Shown piece by piece: positions 11,818-26,200 of a stretch of 64,000 nt of DNA (the stretch's first letter is position 1; every line of letters begins with the position of its first letter). The DNA is taken from assembly GCA_047495785.1 (NCBI GenBank), contig JBLDXI010000046.1:1364001-1428000 (forward strand), given 5' to 3'. A program made the translations under genes and the position numbers. Under the pieces are notes generated by a model. It was not told the origin of the DNA, did no database searches, and was given only the letters and a program-made list of their open reading frames with translations. This DNA comes from Lepidodermella squamata. Its lineage: Eukaryota; Animalia; Gastrotricha.

Positions 11818-14800
11818 TCATAAACCAGACGAGTCTTCAGGGATAGCCGCAGCAGGCTGTACAACCGTGACATCAGCTGTTACGACATGTGTTTCGTTCC
11901 TCTCCATCATAATCGGATGGACGGAATTTGTGACCGTCGAAGTTCCAGTTGAGCTCACCACAAAACGAATCACCTGAAGCATGAGGCCAGCACTTGTGTT
12001 TGAAATATTTGAAGCATTGCCAGGAGGCTGCTGAAATATTGCCGATGCTGTAACTGTTGAAGTAGATTGCCGCCTTAATTAAACTTGAAAATTAATGTCT
12101 CGATTTCTCAAAGGAATTTTTTTTTACCTGATAACCGTAGTTGTCATGGTTGCAGTTGCATCAGCAGCGCCGTAATTTTCCATCCGTTGATCCAAACAAC
12201 CACTGAAAAAGTTGACAAGTGTCATGATGATCGAAATGAAGATGCATGTGAACGCGATGAGAATTTGCCGCTGGATCTCATGTTGAATCAAAAAATGAAG
12301 CAGCAATGCCGCAACAAGGGTCGAGACGATCATCAGATTAACGATGTAAATAGTCGCCAGTTCGTGGTACCGTCTCATCGATGGGGTTAAATAATACAGT
12401 TTCCTCGACAAATAACAGCCAAGCAAAAGAAGAATGAGAGCAGAAACTCCGAACAACGAAGACCAAATGATTTGGCCAGACGATGAACAAGAAATGTGGT
12501 AAATTTCTGTCATTACATCCTCTTCATAGTTATAAATCGGCTTCTCAGTCTGTAATATAGATCGGCAGGTTATTGGGTCCCATAGAAACCAGTTCATTAT
12601 GAACGCATTTGAAAGCACGAAGATTGAAACTATAGTTAAAACGCTTCGTTTTTCAAGTTTTTTCACGAACTCTGACGTGAAGAATGGGCTGTAATCGATC
12701 AAAACCTTCGAAGCGTCTGTATTTCGAAAGAATTGGCGCTGATGATTCACGATTTGCTTGTTGACACCTCTCACAGCAAGATGTACTGCGACTGCTCTAG
12801 AAAACGATGATCCAATAACCATTGAAGCTCCGAATAGAGATGCAACGACTCGAACTTCCCACATTACTCTAGGATTGTGCTGGCTTTCCATTGTGAACAA
12901 CACCGCAGCGATATTCAAGATAACGCAGCCTAGATACCCGACGCATTTACTCAAAGGCAATACGTGCATGGCTAGGTCGTTTCCGATCTTAAGCCAGGCG
13001 AAAAGCGTTGTCAAAATAACGAAGGCTTGAATCACGATCAGAAATACCGCAACTCCGATTACAGCGTAATAAACGCCCAAGTTAACCTCAGCAATCAGTC
13101 TTCTATCAATCCACTTGTCTCGTGGCGGCTTATTGTCTGGAGTAGTCCATTTTACATCTGAGACGTTTTGAACCCAGTAATGAGTGTATTCGTAGCCCGA
13201 CGTATTGTCGAACTGTCGGACTAAATTGACATAGCGTAGAGATGTTTCTGGTGACCATTGCCCGATCATTTGTAGATCTGCATCAACTTCACCACGTGAG
13301 TTGTACTTCATGCGGCCCATTCTCAGTCCGATGTAGTCTATGCCGATGGCAGATTGGTTAGCGACATCCATGACAAGATGCGGTTGATCTTCGTAATCGG
13401 CAAGTGAAAGGTTGAACTTTCGCAGTGTCATATCAGTATTGTGAAGGATAATTAGTCCTTGCATCGCTGTGTCCTGACAAAAATATTCGACCAGTTAAAT
13501 AAATGTTGGTGAAATATTGGCAGATGTCCTCTTGCCAGTTGAAGGATTATGGCGTAATTCAAGTAGGGCCTTGTCATTTAAATATAACCTCATAGCTCAA
13601 TTTAATTAATATGGAAAAGAATCGTCCCAGTTTAAGACATCAATGGGTCATTGAGACTATGAACTAAAAAGAGTCTCCAATATTGAAGCTTCTCATGGAA
13701 ATTTGGGAAATTTTAATCTCCGACCAATAGTCGATAAACAAATGCTGTCGAAGGAGAAATCTGGTTAAGAGTCTCTCACCTCAAAATCCATCACATTTTC
13801 AGCCCAAGAAAGGGGCCGCTGAAAAACTGTCTTGGCAGCCTAACAATTCTTTCTCTACAAATACCTTAGACTTGCTTGAAGGTATCGCAGAATCTAGAAT
13901 CAAATCCCTCTAATGAGTTAAGGAACTACATTAGCAATGGGACAACTTCCCCATTTTCCAAACCCGCTCGAATGTACGAAAAACTTGGATCATAGGAATC
14001 TGTCTCTTTATGTTGGTTCGTTATGTCTCTTATGCTTAGCGAACTTATTTTGTTGGTAAAAAATGGTGAATAATAGAACTCACATGGCACAGGAACCTTG
14101 AGTCGTAGTCTAGCGGCAAGGTATTATTCGCATACTTATTAAACCGTTCATCGAATTCGAAGCTGTCATAACCAAGCCGAGTTTTCAGAGTCGGTACATC
14201 CGTGAACATCACTGGCGATGTGATGAAAGTAAAGCGCAACTGTTCGATGATAATATCAAGGGAGCAGCCAAAGAGCGCCGGTTCCGGCAGATTCCTCGGA
14301 TCGGAAAATTGGATGCCGAGAATGATGAAAACGTAACGAGATCCAGTTACGCCTCGCTTGTAAGATTCGCATAGAAACTTCCAGATCATCCGGGCAATGG
14401 AGCAAAAGTAGACGATGACCCGCACGTCGTTATGCTTGACCTCATTCAACAAGTCTTCATTGACATCGATAAAATATTCGAACATGGCGACCTTCACATG
14501 GTTTTCGCTCGCAAGCCTCTGGAGGAATGTAGCCGAGACGTAGTCGAAAATATTTTCTGCGAAGATGAGAATTCCGATTCGCTGCCATCTGCCAACTTCT
14601 TTGATGAAATGCATTTGAGCATGGGACAGAACGCGACCCGTTGATCGCATGAGATATAAGTTAGGGTACAGCTTCCGATTGCTGAGAAAAGGAGCCGCGC
14701 ATCCTATGTTCACATCGACTAGGTTTAGGTGGTCCAAAATCGGGCCAACAGCTTTGCAGCCGCTGGAAAACATCGGGCCGACCACAACCGGAGACTTGAT

Positions 14801-15109
14801 TAACGAAGCGTTCGAAGCAGTCGATTGATTGAAATCTCGAATGAATTCGACAACTAAACGGGTTTCGTTCGAACCACCCCCGTCGTCCCGGAAAATAGGA
14901 GTGACCTTGTAGTCCTTCAGAAAGTCTGACCTTTCGTTTGCAGCGTCGAAAGCGATTTGCATGGCGATTTTACACGCTGTTCCGTTGAACGGACTGTTAC
15001 CAGTGAATGACATCATCGTTAAAACGGCCAGCTCGTATCGTTGATACGCTGAAACTAGATCGGCCAGTGCAATCATGTAAGCGACGAGTTCAAAGCGCAT
15101 GTGATTCAT
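11818..15109 (-). CDS. Class C GPCR, GABA-B-like (Venus flytrap + 7TM), paralog 1, ~875 aa
   Basis: Exons 15109-14084, 13473-12128 and 12073-11818 are in frame. ANF-receptor-type domain (VVGPMFSSGC, SNRKLYPNLY, DVRVIV), PPRD linker, seven hydrophobic helices, WFLWDP; no Cys-rich domain. Confidence 0.85.
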
Positions 15110-15819
15110 TTTTTTCAACGAAGCGTGTTTTCTAGATTTTATTCTGTGAAAAATTCCACGCGGTGACAAGTAACAGATCACTAATCAGCGACATTTTTTT
15201 TACCCGCACCTGTAAGAGTTGTCATTTTCGTTCTAAATCACAGGGGCAAATTAATGCTTGTCACCTTATTGATCCGACGTTTCACAACCATAAGCATTTA
15301 TGTCAAAATAGACGCAGCAGTTCCTCGATAGCTGTAGTAATACTTTTCACACTGTAAGTAGCAAGTCCTGTCCAGATGACGCCACCCCCAGGGTGAAGAT
15401 GAGGGAGGATCCGGTCTAGTGGAGAATCTTTCAGAAATAATCGAGTAATATTTGTCCAAATGCGAGGGATGTGTTTCCTAGGGTTTTTCCTATCTGACTG
15501 TATTAATAAAGCCGTTATGGCTCACGCCCTGGAAGAAGTTAAGACAAACTCCCCAATATTGATCGAATTTCGACAACGATATTCTGAGCAAAAATCTTGT
15601 TACAACATGAGCACTTTCCTATCACGAAACGTTATCTTTAGAAGTTCTCTTTCTACAGGCCTCAAATGCCAGGACAAATTCCAGGGGCTCAGTTCTTCGT
15701 TCTTTTGATCTGAAAAACAAATGTAGAAACAGTGAAAGATTTAACCATTTATTGTATCAGTAGGAGGATTAGTATTTTATAGTCTTTAGTCGTCATTGAG
15801 CGACATCGAGTTGCGCACA

Positions 15820-18529
15820 TCACGAACTAGGTTGAATAACTGACACATCAGCTGTGATAATATGAGTTTCAGATTCCAGGTGCTGCTGGCCTCCCGCAAT
15901 AGGGTGAACTGAATTGTTCGCCGTTGAATTTCCCGTTGAGCTTACCACCAATCGAATGACGTGCAGCATCAGCCCAGCACTAGTATTCGAGTTGTTATTA
16001 CCAACACTCGGCGGCTGCTGGAAAATGGCTGACGCAGTGAGAGTGGAGGAGCCTCGTCTTCTAGATAAATGCAAAAATCATATTCCCCGCCGGAAATTTC
16101 AGTGAAATAAGTTTACCTGACAACTGTCGTTGTTACAGTCGCTGTTGCGTCGTTATTTGGGGCGAAAGTTTTCTGCCGATGATCGATGCAGCCGCTGAAA
16201 GAATTGACGACTGTCATCATCACAGAAACGAGAACACAGCCAAATGCAATAACAATTCGCTGCCTCGTCTCGTCTTCAATCAAAAAATGCAGGAGTAGTT
16301 CGGCGACGAAAGTCGAAATTATCATCAGGCTAACGATGTAAATCGTCCCTAGTTCGTGATATTTTCGCATTGAATACGTTAGGTAATAAAGCTTTCTTGA
16401 CATGTAACAGCTCACTATTAACAAGATAAGCCCAGATGCGCCTGAAATTGATGACCAAATAACTAGGCCCGACGAGGAACATTTCACAGAATGCATTATT
16501 GTAGAAGTGTCCTCTTCATAGTTGTAAATAGGATCTTCGTCAATAACTTCAAATTTGCAGAAGATCGGGTCCCATAAGAACCAGTTCATGATAAAGGTGT
16601 TAGATAGAAAAAATATAGAGGCAGCCGTGAGCACACTGCGTTTCTCAAGTTTCCTAACCATGTCCGAGGTGAAAAACGGTCCGTAGTCAATGACGAATTT
16701 CGACGGATCCAAGTTTCGAAAATGCTTGCGTTGATGCGATTGAACCTGTTTGTTGAAGCTGAGAACAGCTTGGTAGATGACGACAACCCTTGAAAAAGAC
16801 GACCCTATAACCATCGCACAGCCGACTAAAGCCGCTACAACGCGAACTTCCCAAATCACGCGGGGATGTTGCTGAGTTTCCATGGTGAATAAGATTGCAG
16901 AGATGTTCAAAATTATGCATCCTAGATACCCGATACATTTGGTAAGTGGCAAGACATGCATTGCTAGATCGTTCCCAATCTTGAGCCAGGCGAAAACTGT
17001 TGTAAGAATCACGAAAATCTGGATAAGGATCAGAAAAGCCGCAACGCCAATTGCCGAGTAATAGAAAGGAATCGGCACCTCACGCGCCATTCGCTTTTCG
17101 ATAACTCTATCCCGCGGGGGTTTGTTGTTTGCAGTTGCCCATCTTGCTTCAGACGTGTTCTGAACCCAGTAATTCTCGTAGTCATACCCTGAAGTGTTGT
17201 CATATTGGCGGACTAAGTTGACGTAATTCAGTGAGGTTTCAGGCGACCATCGACCAATCATTTGAAGATCGGCTTCAACCTCCCCGCGCGAGTTGTACCT
17301 CATCCGCCCCATTCTTAAACCGATATAATCGACACTGATTGCTGACTTATTGACAACACCCATGACAAGTCGTGGATAGTCCTTATAACTGGCCAGGGAA
17401 AGGTTTTGCTTCTTCAACTCCCGGTCCGCATTGTCTAATACGATCAAACTCTGCATTACTGTATCCTATGATAGTATATTTATGAATTAGAGTGAGCTCA
17501 GTGATTTGCGTAACTTACGTGGCACAGAAAACGAAATTCATAATCAAGCGGCTGTTTGTTTTTCGTCAAGACATTGAATCGTCTTTCAAACTCGAGACTA
17601 TCATAGCCGAAATGGTTCTTCAACGTCGGAATATCGTTGAACATTACCGGACCAGTTAGATAGGTGTACCTCAACTGCTCAACAATAATGTCTCGCGAAC
17701 ATCCAAACAAAGTTTCATCAGGTATATTCCTCGGATCGGTGAATTGAATGACAAGAATTATGAAGACGTAACGTGGGCCAGTAATGCCCCTCTTATAAGA
17801 CTCGCAGAAAAACTTCCAGATTAGTCGAGCCATCGAACAGAAGTAGACAATGACTCGAACGTCGTTTCGCTTGATTTCTGTAAACATTTCCTCGGTAACG
17901 TCGAGGAAGTAGTCGAAAATAGTTATCTGAGCTGCATTTTCATTCGCAAGCTTCTGTAGTAACGTAGCCGTGACGTAGTCGAAAATGTTCTCGACGTAGA
18001 TCAAAATTCCGATTCGCTGCCATCTCCCGACGTCTTTGATGAAATGCATCTGAGCAATCGTGAGAGCTCGCCCCGTCGATCGCATCATGTACAGATTGCG
18101 ATAGATCCGACGATCTGTAAGGAAAGGCGCCCCGCAGCCCTGACTTACCTCGACGAGATTCTCATGGTGAAGCATTGGCGCGATGGCTTTACAGCCGCTA
18201 GAAAACATTGCCCCAACAACCAGAGGCGACATGATCACGCTTGAGTTATCGCATTGGTCAAAATGGCGGATGAATTGAACGAGAGCTCGAGCAGCCTTAT
18301 TGCCAGCTCCGTCGTCTTTGTATATCACCTTAAGGTTGTAATCCCCCAATATGTCAGGGCGGCTATTGGCCGCATCAAATGCGATTTGCATGCCAGTTTT
18401 GCAGGCCGTTCCATCGAATGGGTCGTTGCCCGTGAAGGTGGTCATCACGAGGATAGACAGCTCATACTTGGCAAAAGCTGCCAAGTCGATTCGAAAGAGA
18501 ACTAAGAACGATAAGAATACGACTTTCAT
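15820..18529 (-). CDS. Class C GPCR, GABA-B-like (Venus flytrap + 7TM), paralog 2, ~866 aa
   Basis: Exons 18529-17519, 17465-16117 and 16060-15820; same intron positions as paralog 1 and clearly homologous throughout. Confidence 0.85.
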
Positions 18530-19921
18530 TATTTTCTTGCACTGAAAAGTGTCATAACGACTCTTACCTACCCAAGTATAAGCCTTTCTATTAGCACTAC
18601 GTCAAAAACGATTTCATTCAGCAACGCTCTGTCATAATACCTGATTTTTGTTGACCGCAAAACCTTTTTTCGAGGAAAATAACACTTGTTTCCTAATTTG
18701 TGCACTGAACGAAAACAGATGACCACGTGACTGGAACTTTGTTCCTATTCTCAGTCCCAGAACGTGATGCCAGAGAGTTGCAGTTGAATCAATTTAACAT
18801 TTGGTTCCACCTTGTTAGGGCGTCAAAAACTGGGCAGTCGCGGACAAAAACGAAACAAGCGCAAATTGATAATCAATTCAAAAGCGACATTTAACCAGCG
18901 ATAAATGAGAAGAGAGAAGACCTATTATAATAATTGTTTGTTTTTTGTTCTAAAAGGATTAAAAGCTGGAAACTTTTTTTAATGCATAAATTATTTCATT
19001 TTGCTCTTTTGTCGCTTTGTTCACGTTTTTCTGTAGCACTTTGAGCCCAACCAAGTATTTTTATGAGGCTGATTTTATTATAGATCATATTATTTTTATT
19101 ATTCATTATTTTTGCGCTATAAAACCGATAAAACTCCCAATTTATTGCTATATGGCACGTGATTGATAATCGGAAGAAAGAGGATGATGAATAAATGTAT
19201 TGCCTATATTGCATTCCGTTTGCCCAATTTGCCATAATAATGTGTCAAATAAGCTTTTAGTAATTGTCTCGCTCGGCTTTGCGTTTTGATAAGAAAGCGC
19301 ACGACCTTGAATTTTTCGTGTCCAATTTTCGAGTCGCGCGACCTAATGAGTGTAAGCACGTGGACTATAAGGGCGTCACTCTGCTACTACAGTAATCACG
19401 GCGACTCTGTTTTTCTCGTATTTTTACGTATTTTGGCTATACAACTACCAGACAAACAGGCCGGTGATAATGACCGGGCGCAGACTGATCAATTTTTATA
19501 AAAATCAAATCTGCATAGCCGCGGGCGTCAGGAATTTGTGATAGCCTGTAAAATAGGTACACGACGCCTAGTTTTTTCACGCTAAATTTCACCGATAATT
19601 CAGCTCGTGTTTATATACAGTGATGATAGGAGCATCGAGTGGTCACTGTGTAGTGCGATTGCGATTGCGCACTCTGCGCTGTTTTCCGCTCGTTTTTTTT
19701 GCACCGAGTGCGTGTTATTTTTCGGTTGAAATAAATCTGAGACGCAACTTCCTCGTGGGCAAGATCTACGCGTATTAGTCACTCACTGCGTAAAACGTAG
19801 GTGTGCAGAATGACCATCATTAGCAGTTTATATATTTCCCACCTTGCCTACATTTCAATTTTAGATTGATTTCAACGCCTAGATTTTAGTAGTTTCAGGT
19901 TTTTTTCTAATTTTCAACTGG

Positions 19922-22900
19922 ATGGAGCCGAATTTTTCGCGGCTTGGGCCGATCGATTTTACCGATTGCCTTATCGATAGCCCGTATTTTCGCGAAAATT
20001 TATGCCGGCAAGAGCGAAAGATTAGAAAAACAAAACAAGCCATCGGACTCATTATCGAAAATTGCCGCAATATTATAAAATGCACAAAAGGTTTGACTCA
20101 TTTTTTTAAATATGAAAAATTTAGAAAAATCATAGTAATTAGGAAAAAAATTGTTTCGACTATAATCTGGCTCAGCATATTTTTTAAAAATTTCAAAAAA
20201 ATTTTTAAATTATTTTGAATTTTTGGTCAAGATTTGTGAATTTTTAAACTCGATTTTTTTAGCTCTATCGGAGGCGTATCGAGCATTTGCAGTATCTCTG
20301 TTCCGGTTCGGTCAAAGTGATTGCGACGGTGACGAGGAAGGCGGGGATTTTATCAAAAGCATTGCCGCTCTTATTATGAAAGTCGAAGGCGAACGGGACG
20401 ACATTCCTGGTCAGATAGAGGAAGCTTTTATCAAACCACTCAACCGTGCATTCTCATCGGTCGATTTTCAGGTATGCTAAAAACGGAAAATTCCTACATT
20501 TTTTGTGAAACTTGAGTCGGCAAAATGTCCAGCATGAGCGAAAACTAGTCGAAATCGAAAGCAACAGATTTCAATCCGTTCTCGATACGTATCAATCGAA
20601 CCCAGATCACTTACCTGTGAGAAATTCATAAATACACAAGAATTGAAATATTATTTAATTTTTTCTTTTTAGATTCAGGCTGACCAAAGCGCTTTCATCG
20701 AACAATCCTTGAATTACTATCATCAAGTGCAATCTTTCCAGCTATTTAAACGTTACGAATTCGTTGATAGCGTAAATTTCCAATTTTTTATTAATTTTAT
20801 TAAATTTTTATTTTTCTCTATTTCAGCTCGCCTGTTTTGTTAATCATCAAATGAATTTTTATCACCTCAGCTATGAAATGTTGAATAGCTCAAAGCCGCT
20901 GCGGCAAATTAACGCTCAACTCCAAGAGGTGCTTAGCATTATATCAATCACGTTGCACTTCACCTGCTTTTTTTTTATCATCCAAGATGCACGCTGAAGT
21001 CGATCGATCGGCAATTATGACAGAAACTAGAAAAGACCTTGTGTTATCGGTGAGATCAGACACAAATCGCAATCACGTGCTTATATATCGATTTTTTTGA
21101 TTCTATAATTTCAGAACCCTGTCGAATATTTACGCCATTCACTTCACAAATCGCCCGTCATGCTAAGCTATTTGCTGCTGATGCGAAGTAGGGAAAAAAT
21201 TCCAATTTAATTAATTAATTAATTAAATTTTTCAGAATCAATTTTCGGCAATGTCTGGGTCGAATGCTTCTGCGAATTTCAGAGAGATGACGGAATTTTA
21301 CAAATCAGTCCCTCCAGCCCTTATACAAATTTTTCAGCTATTTTTGAGGTAATTCTTCATCAGTCAAATAAATCGGATTTTTTTATTAATTTTTTTGTAT
21401 AGGCTGAAATAATTTCGAATAATTCAGTGACATTTCTTGTAAGGCGTTGTTGGCCATGCGACGATGCCGCTGATTGGACGGGGCGGCCTTATTGCTTCAA
21501 GGTCACGCTTGATCACGTGCCAGATCGCAGCCCTGCTGTTAAGCAGCCCCATCAGGACGTTGTTTTAGTCTTTCAAGCTCAGGACGCCGCTGAGAGGCGG
21601 ATATGGCTCGAGGCGCTCGGCTTCATCTACCCACACTTGGTTGGCTATTTAATCAAAAAATAATAATTTCGAATTATTTTCTATTCATTGAACAGGACTT
21701 TTGTCCAGATCTCGTTGTTAATCAAAGCGGTAAATTGAATTACTAATTAAATTTAAATCGATTGACCTGGAATTTTTTTAACAGCGTTGTTGATCGATTC
21801 TGGCCTCAAATTTTTGACGACTTGTTGCGAGGCGATTGAAACTAACAGCATCGATTGTTCAGGGCTGTACCGAATTCCGGGTGCCAAGCCGCGAGTCTCC
21901 GATCTCCTGAGGCATGCAATGAGTGAGTGAATAATTTATTCCAAATATTTTGAATAATTTTGCTTTTATTATAGGAAGCGATATCGCGTTTGATGACGCG
22001 AAATTGAAGGAATATCTTTGGAACGAGGCCAGGGACGATGTCAATACGGTGACAAGTGCGGTATTAGCCTTTGTCGGGGGTTTTACTGAACCCTTGACAA
22101 CTTACGATCTCTACGACCATTTCATCTACGCGTCATGTAAGAATTTTAATTTTTCAATTTTTTTGAAATTTTTGAAAAACAAAATTTTATTTTTTAATTA
22201 ATCTTAATTTTGATATTTTCTTAATTTTTAGCTTTGGACGATGATGTCAAGCTGATAAGGTCTACCCACTACCTAATTCACAGGCTACCGGCAAATAATT
22301 TCAAATTGTTGAAGGTGCTATTCAAACATCTCGCCAAGTTTGTGCCAGCACCCTTAAAAATTTCGATCAATTTTATTTTTATTTTTTTTGTCTCGCAGGG
22401 TGGCTAATAACAGTGACGTCAATAAAATGACGACATACAATCTCGCTGTCTGCTTCGGTCCAGCTATTCTCCGCCACCGCAGCCAGTCATGCACGGTTGA
22501 CGGCGTGAAACAGGGCAACAAAGTCGTCCTTGTTCTCATCGAACACTACGCCAAGGTGAAAAAAATCTCGATTTTCCAATTCTTGTCAACCGACAATTTT
22601 ATTTTTAGATTTTCGAAACTCGCCCACCTGTCGCGGATATTGAGGCCTTGCGAAGAACGTGGCGGTCTAATGTCGCCAAACCCGCATCCCCGACCCGGCC
22701 AGCTTTCCATCAAAGCATCAGTCTATTCTTCACGAATTTATCCGGAAAAGCAAGGTTCGGGACATCGTCGAATCGCCGGGCAGATTCGCCTACAAACACG
22801 CCAGACCAAAGCCGGCATAGCAATAATTCGAATAACAGCGAGCATTTAATGACGACGTCTTCATTGGATAACGATGACAATCGAACGAGGAATATGACGT

Positions 22901-23052
22901 CGATACTCAGCGAATCGTCGAACCGGACGGCGGGGTTTGATAGTCCGAAGAGTTCGGCGCGAAATCGATCGCCAACTTCTGGGTCGATAAACACGAATCT
23001 TGACACGTTGAGTGAAATCGATGTGGCTCCGCAGCCTAGCAATTTAGTTTGA
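19922..23052 (+). CDS. BAR-PH-RhoGAP protein (GRAF/oligophrenin family), no C-terminal SH3
   Basis: N-terminal IDFTDCLIDSPYFRENL is the GRAF/OPHN1-type BAR start. PH end VFQAQDAAERRIWLEAL; arginine finger GLYRIPG; EPLTTYDLY; NKMTTYNLAVCFGPAIL; Ser-rich tail; many short introns. Confidence 0.9.
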
Positions 23053-23211
23053 ATTTTTACCTTTTTTCTTATGCATCGAGATATAATGTATACTTTGAAC
23101 GAAAATAAAATAAAAAAATTTGTAAAAAATCAGAAAAATCGGGAATCACCTTGCCCGCAAAAATCGATTTTTATTTCAATTTTATTGTATAATATTTTAA
23201 AAGTTCGAATT

Positions 23212-26200
23212 TTAGTTCTGGCCAACAGATGGTTTCTGCTTTCGCAAACCACGCCGCCGAGTTGTAGGAATTATTCTGCCATTATTTGCCGGCGTTGTAT
23301 TCAAGAACGTTTGCTCTATCATTCTTATAATGTCAACGGCACCCGCTGCCTTCGCCACATCTAGCGGCGTTTGGCCTTTCAAGTTGGTCGCGAACATGAG
23401 TTGCGGGCATTTCGATCGTAGATACCGCCCGACTGGGAGATGGTTGTATGTCGCGACGAGATGCATAGCATTATCGCCGTTGAACTCGGCATCGGTTGTC
23501 GCATTCGTGTCCGCGCCTCGTTCGACGAGGTATTGAACGGCTAGCAGACGGCCGTTGCCTGCGGCTCGCAGAAATGGTGTTGTCCCGTGGTAGCCTCGAT
23601 TTTCCAGACTAGCGTTCCTTGCGTCAAGCAAGTAGGCTATTATATTGGTGTGACCCCCTGTCATGGAAAAAAGACATTAATGAGCAAGTAATTATTCACA
23701 ATTCACATAATTATTTTAGCCAGAGCCAAATTTCAAGGACTGTTATTTAATTGGCACCCAATCTTTTACTCACTCTCCTTTGACTAAGGCTAAAAGAAGA
23801 GCGTGTCTCATAAGTTGCACAACCACATTTAATTTTAATTTTGAATTTAATTATTCAATTTATATGATTTTTTTGAAATTGAACCAACCGGGAGAATCTT
23901 CGGCAGACCGTCATAACAGCAAATACCCAAAACAGCAAACGCGACAAAACGGCAACTTTTTAAACTTGCGACATAACAGCAGAAACACGATGCATCTTTT
24001 ACATAGTAAGTTTTGTCGCGAAATAAAAAATTTGCTGTTTTGTCGCCGTACTGAATCTTCCTTCCTTTATACGCCATTTTACCGAAGAATTTAAAAAGTT
24101 AGCCGAAGAAACCCGCAAAACTCTAACTGGTTCGGTAATTTATGGTATTTTACTCGGTTGGACTAAATTTTTGCAGATTTTTTATTCCCATTGAATTTTT
24201 CCAAGATTTTCTGATGATGACATATATGGCTTCATTCCAGAGTTTCTGATCGGTTTTCAGTTCATTTTCTTTTTTTTCTGATTTTGTTGGCTGAACCATA
24301 AATGTTGGAAAACATTTAGCTTGAGCTAAATAGTTAGTTCAAGCTAAATTTAGGCAGGACATATGCTTAATTGAGACATCCACCCATCTTCATCCATTTT
24401 CTCTTGTCCAACTGGCCTCATTGTCTGCAGTTATCCGTTGCTTTAAAGCAATAATCTTGTTATATTCCTCCCTCGTACTTAAAGGGCTCGTCTCGCTTTG
24501 GATAATTTTTAATTGATTCTGACCTTCTTTTTGAGCTCGTTAATTAACTCATAATTAATTGAGTATGATTGATATAATGAGCTCAAGACAAACCCATCGT
24601 GATTCGTGTAACCTATTTTCTGAAAATGAGGGGTCCCGCAACCGCATGGTGCATTGAAAAAAGTGCGAAGCTAGTCGCTCAACTGAATAGCTGATATTGG
24701 CTGACTCAGATCTTCAATTCAACCCTAACCCAAGCCCTAGACTTAGGCCTCCCTAATCCTAACCCTAACCCTAACCCTAGCTCCAACCTCCAACCCTAAC
24801 CCTAACATCTAAAACATATATGCGAACAGCCATTTTCCGTTGTTAAAAATTCAAAATTGAAGCCAAAGATCACAAAAATAACAGCAGAATCCTGGAATAA
24901 TGCTAAGGTGGATTTGAAGCTTAACTGATACCTACCGGAAGCAGCAGCATTCAATGCCGTGTCATTGAGATAAGTCCGCTCTTCCAGCAACTCGGGATGC
25001 ATTTCTAACAGAAACTTGAGCACAGGTAACTGCCCAAAAGCCGCGGCTAAATGATGCGCCATGTTACCCCTCGGTTCATCGACCGCAGTTACAGAAGCAT
25101 TCCGCGACAAGAAATACCGGCAAAGCCCGAGCTCGCCCCTCGAAGCTGCGTACATCAACGGGGTTCGATACAGATTACTCGCTCGAGTTTCAATATCAGC
25201 AGATCGGTTTTCTAACAGATAAGCCACCATGAACATGTTAGCGGCTATTGTCGCTCGGACGAGCACTGTTTCGTTATTGTCATTCTTCATTTCGATCAAA
25301 TCGGGAAACTTGTCCAGCAAATACGACGTGATAAGTGTTCGATTGAACTCGACCGCTAAATGGATGGCTGAGTTGCCCTGGGCGTAATCTCTAGCTCTAA
25401 CATCAGCCCCATGTTCGACTAGGACCTTCACAACACCAAGAGATTGTTCCTCGGGTAGGGCCTGAATCGTCAAAGCGTTGAGTAAGGGTGTCCGTCCAAG
25501 ATTCCCGGCACCCCGATTTTCGAGATTCGCAGATTTGTTCAGGGCGAGAAACTCAACGACCGAAACTTGGCCTTTCAACGCGGCTCGATTCAGAGGGGTA
25601 TCGTTGAGTGAAGTCCTGACTTCGGTTAGATTGCCATCGTAGTTCAGCAGGTAGTCCAAAACCCTTAACTGGCCATTCTCCGCAGCGAGATGGACAACAT
25701 TCCCACGGCCTTTGTCGCTTTCAGCAGCTGATAGAGACGCGTTTGCTACTTCAACGAGGAATTTAACAACCTCAACATTGCCAGCCATTGCTGCTTTCAT
25801 TAGCGGGGTTCTGTAACCCTCCCCGCGGACTTCGATCTTAGCGGAGAAGTTTTGAACAAGTAGTTGGACAACACTCAGCTGGTTTTCTTCCGCAGCGATC
25901 AGTAATGGTGTATTCGAGGCATTGTTACGAGCTTCCACTGTATCAGGAGCTGCATGGGCTAGAAAAGCGACTACTTCAGGCAAGTCATTCTCCGCAGCTA
26001 GATGGATTGCCAGTGAGTTTTTAGACATATCCCTAGCTCTGATATCAGCACTCATGTTATTGACGAGGTACTTCACGATGCTAAGCTGACCCTCTGCAGC
26101 TGCTTCCATCAAAGGTGTCCGGCCGTAGTTGTTTTCGTTCCGGTTTTCAACCAGGTCTTTACGCTCTTCAGCTATTTTAACCTGCCGTTCGAGCATTTCT

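Noticed and set aside
13474-14083. Enlarged intron of GPCR paralog 1 (about 610 nt versus about 53 nt in paralog 2), probably an old insertion
   Set aside because: No TIR, TSD or identifiable coding remnant could be found, so it was not classified.
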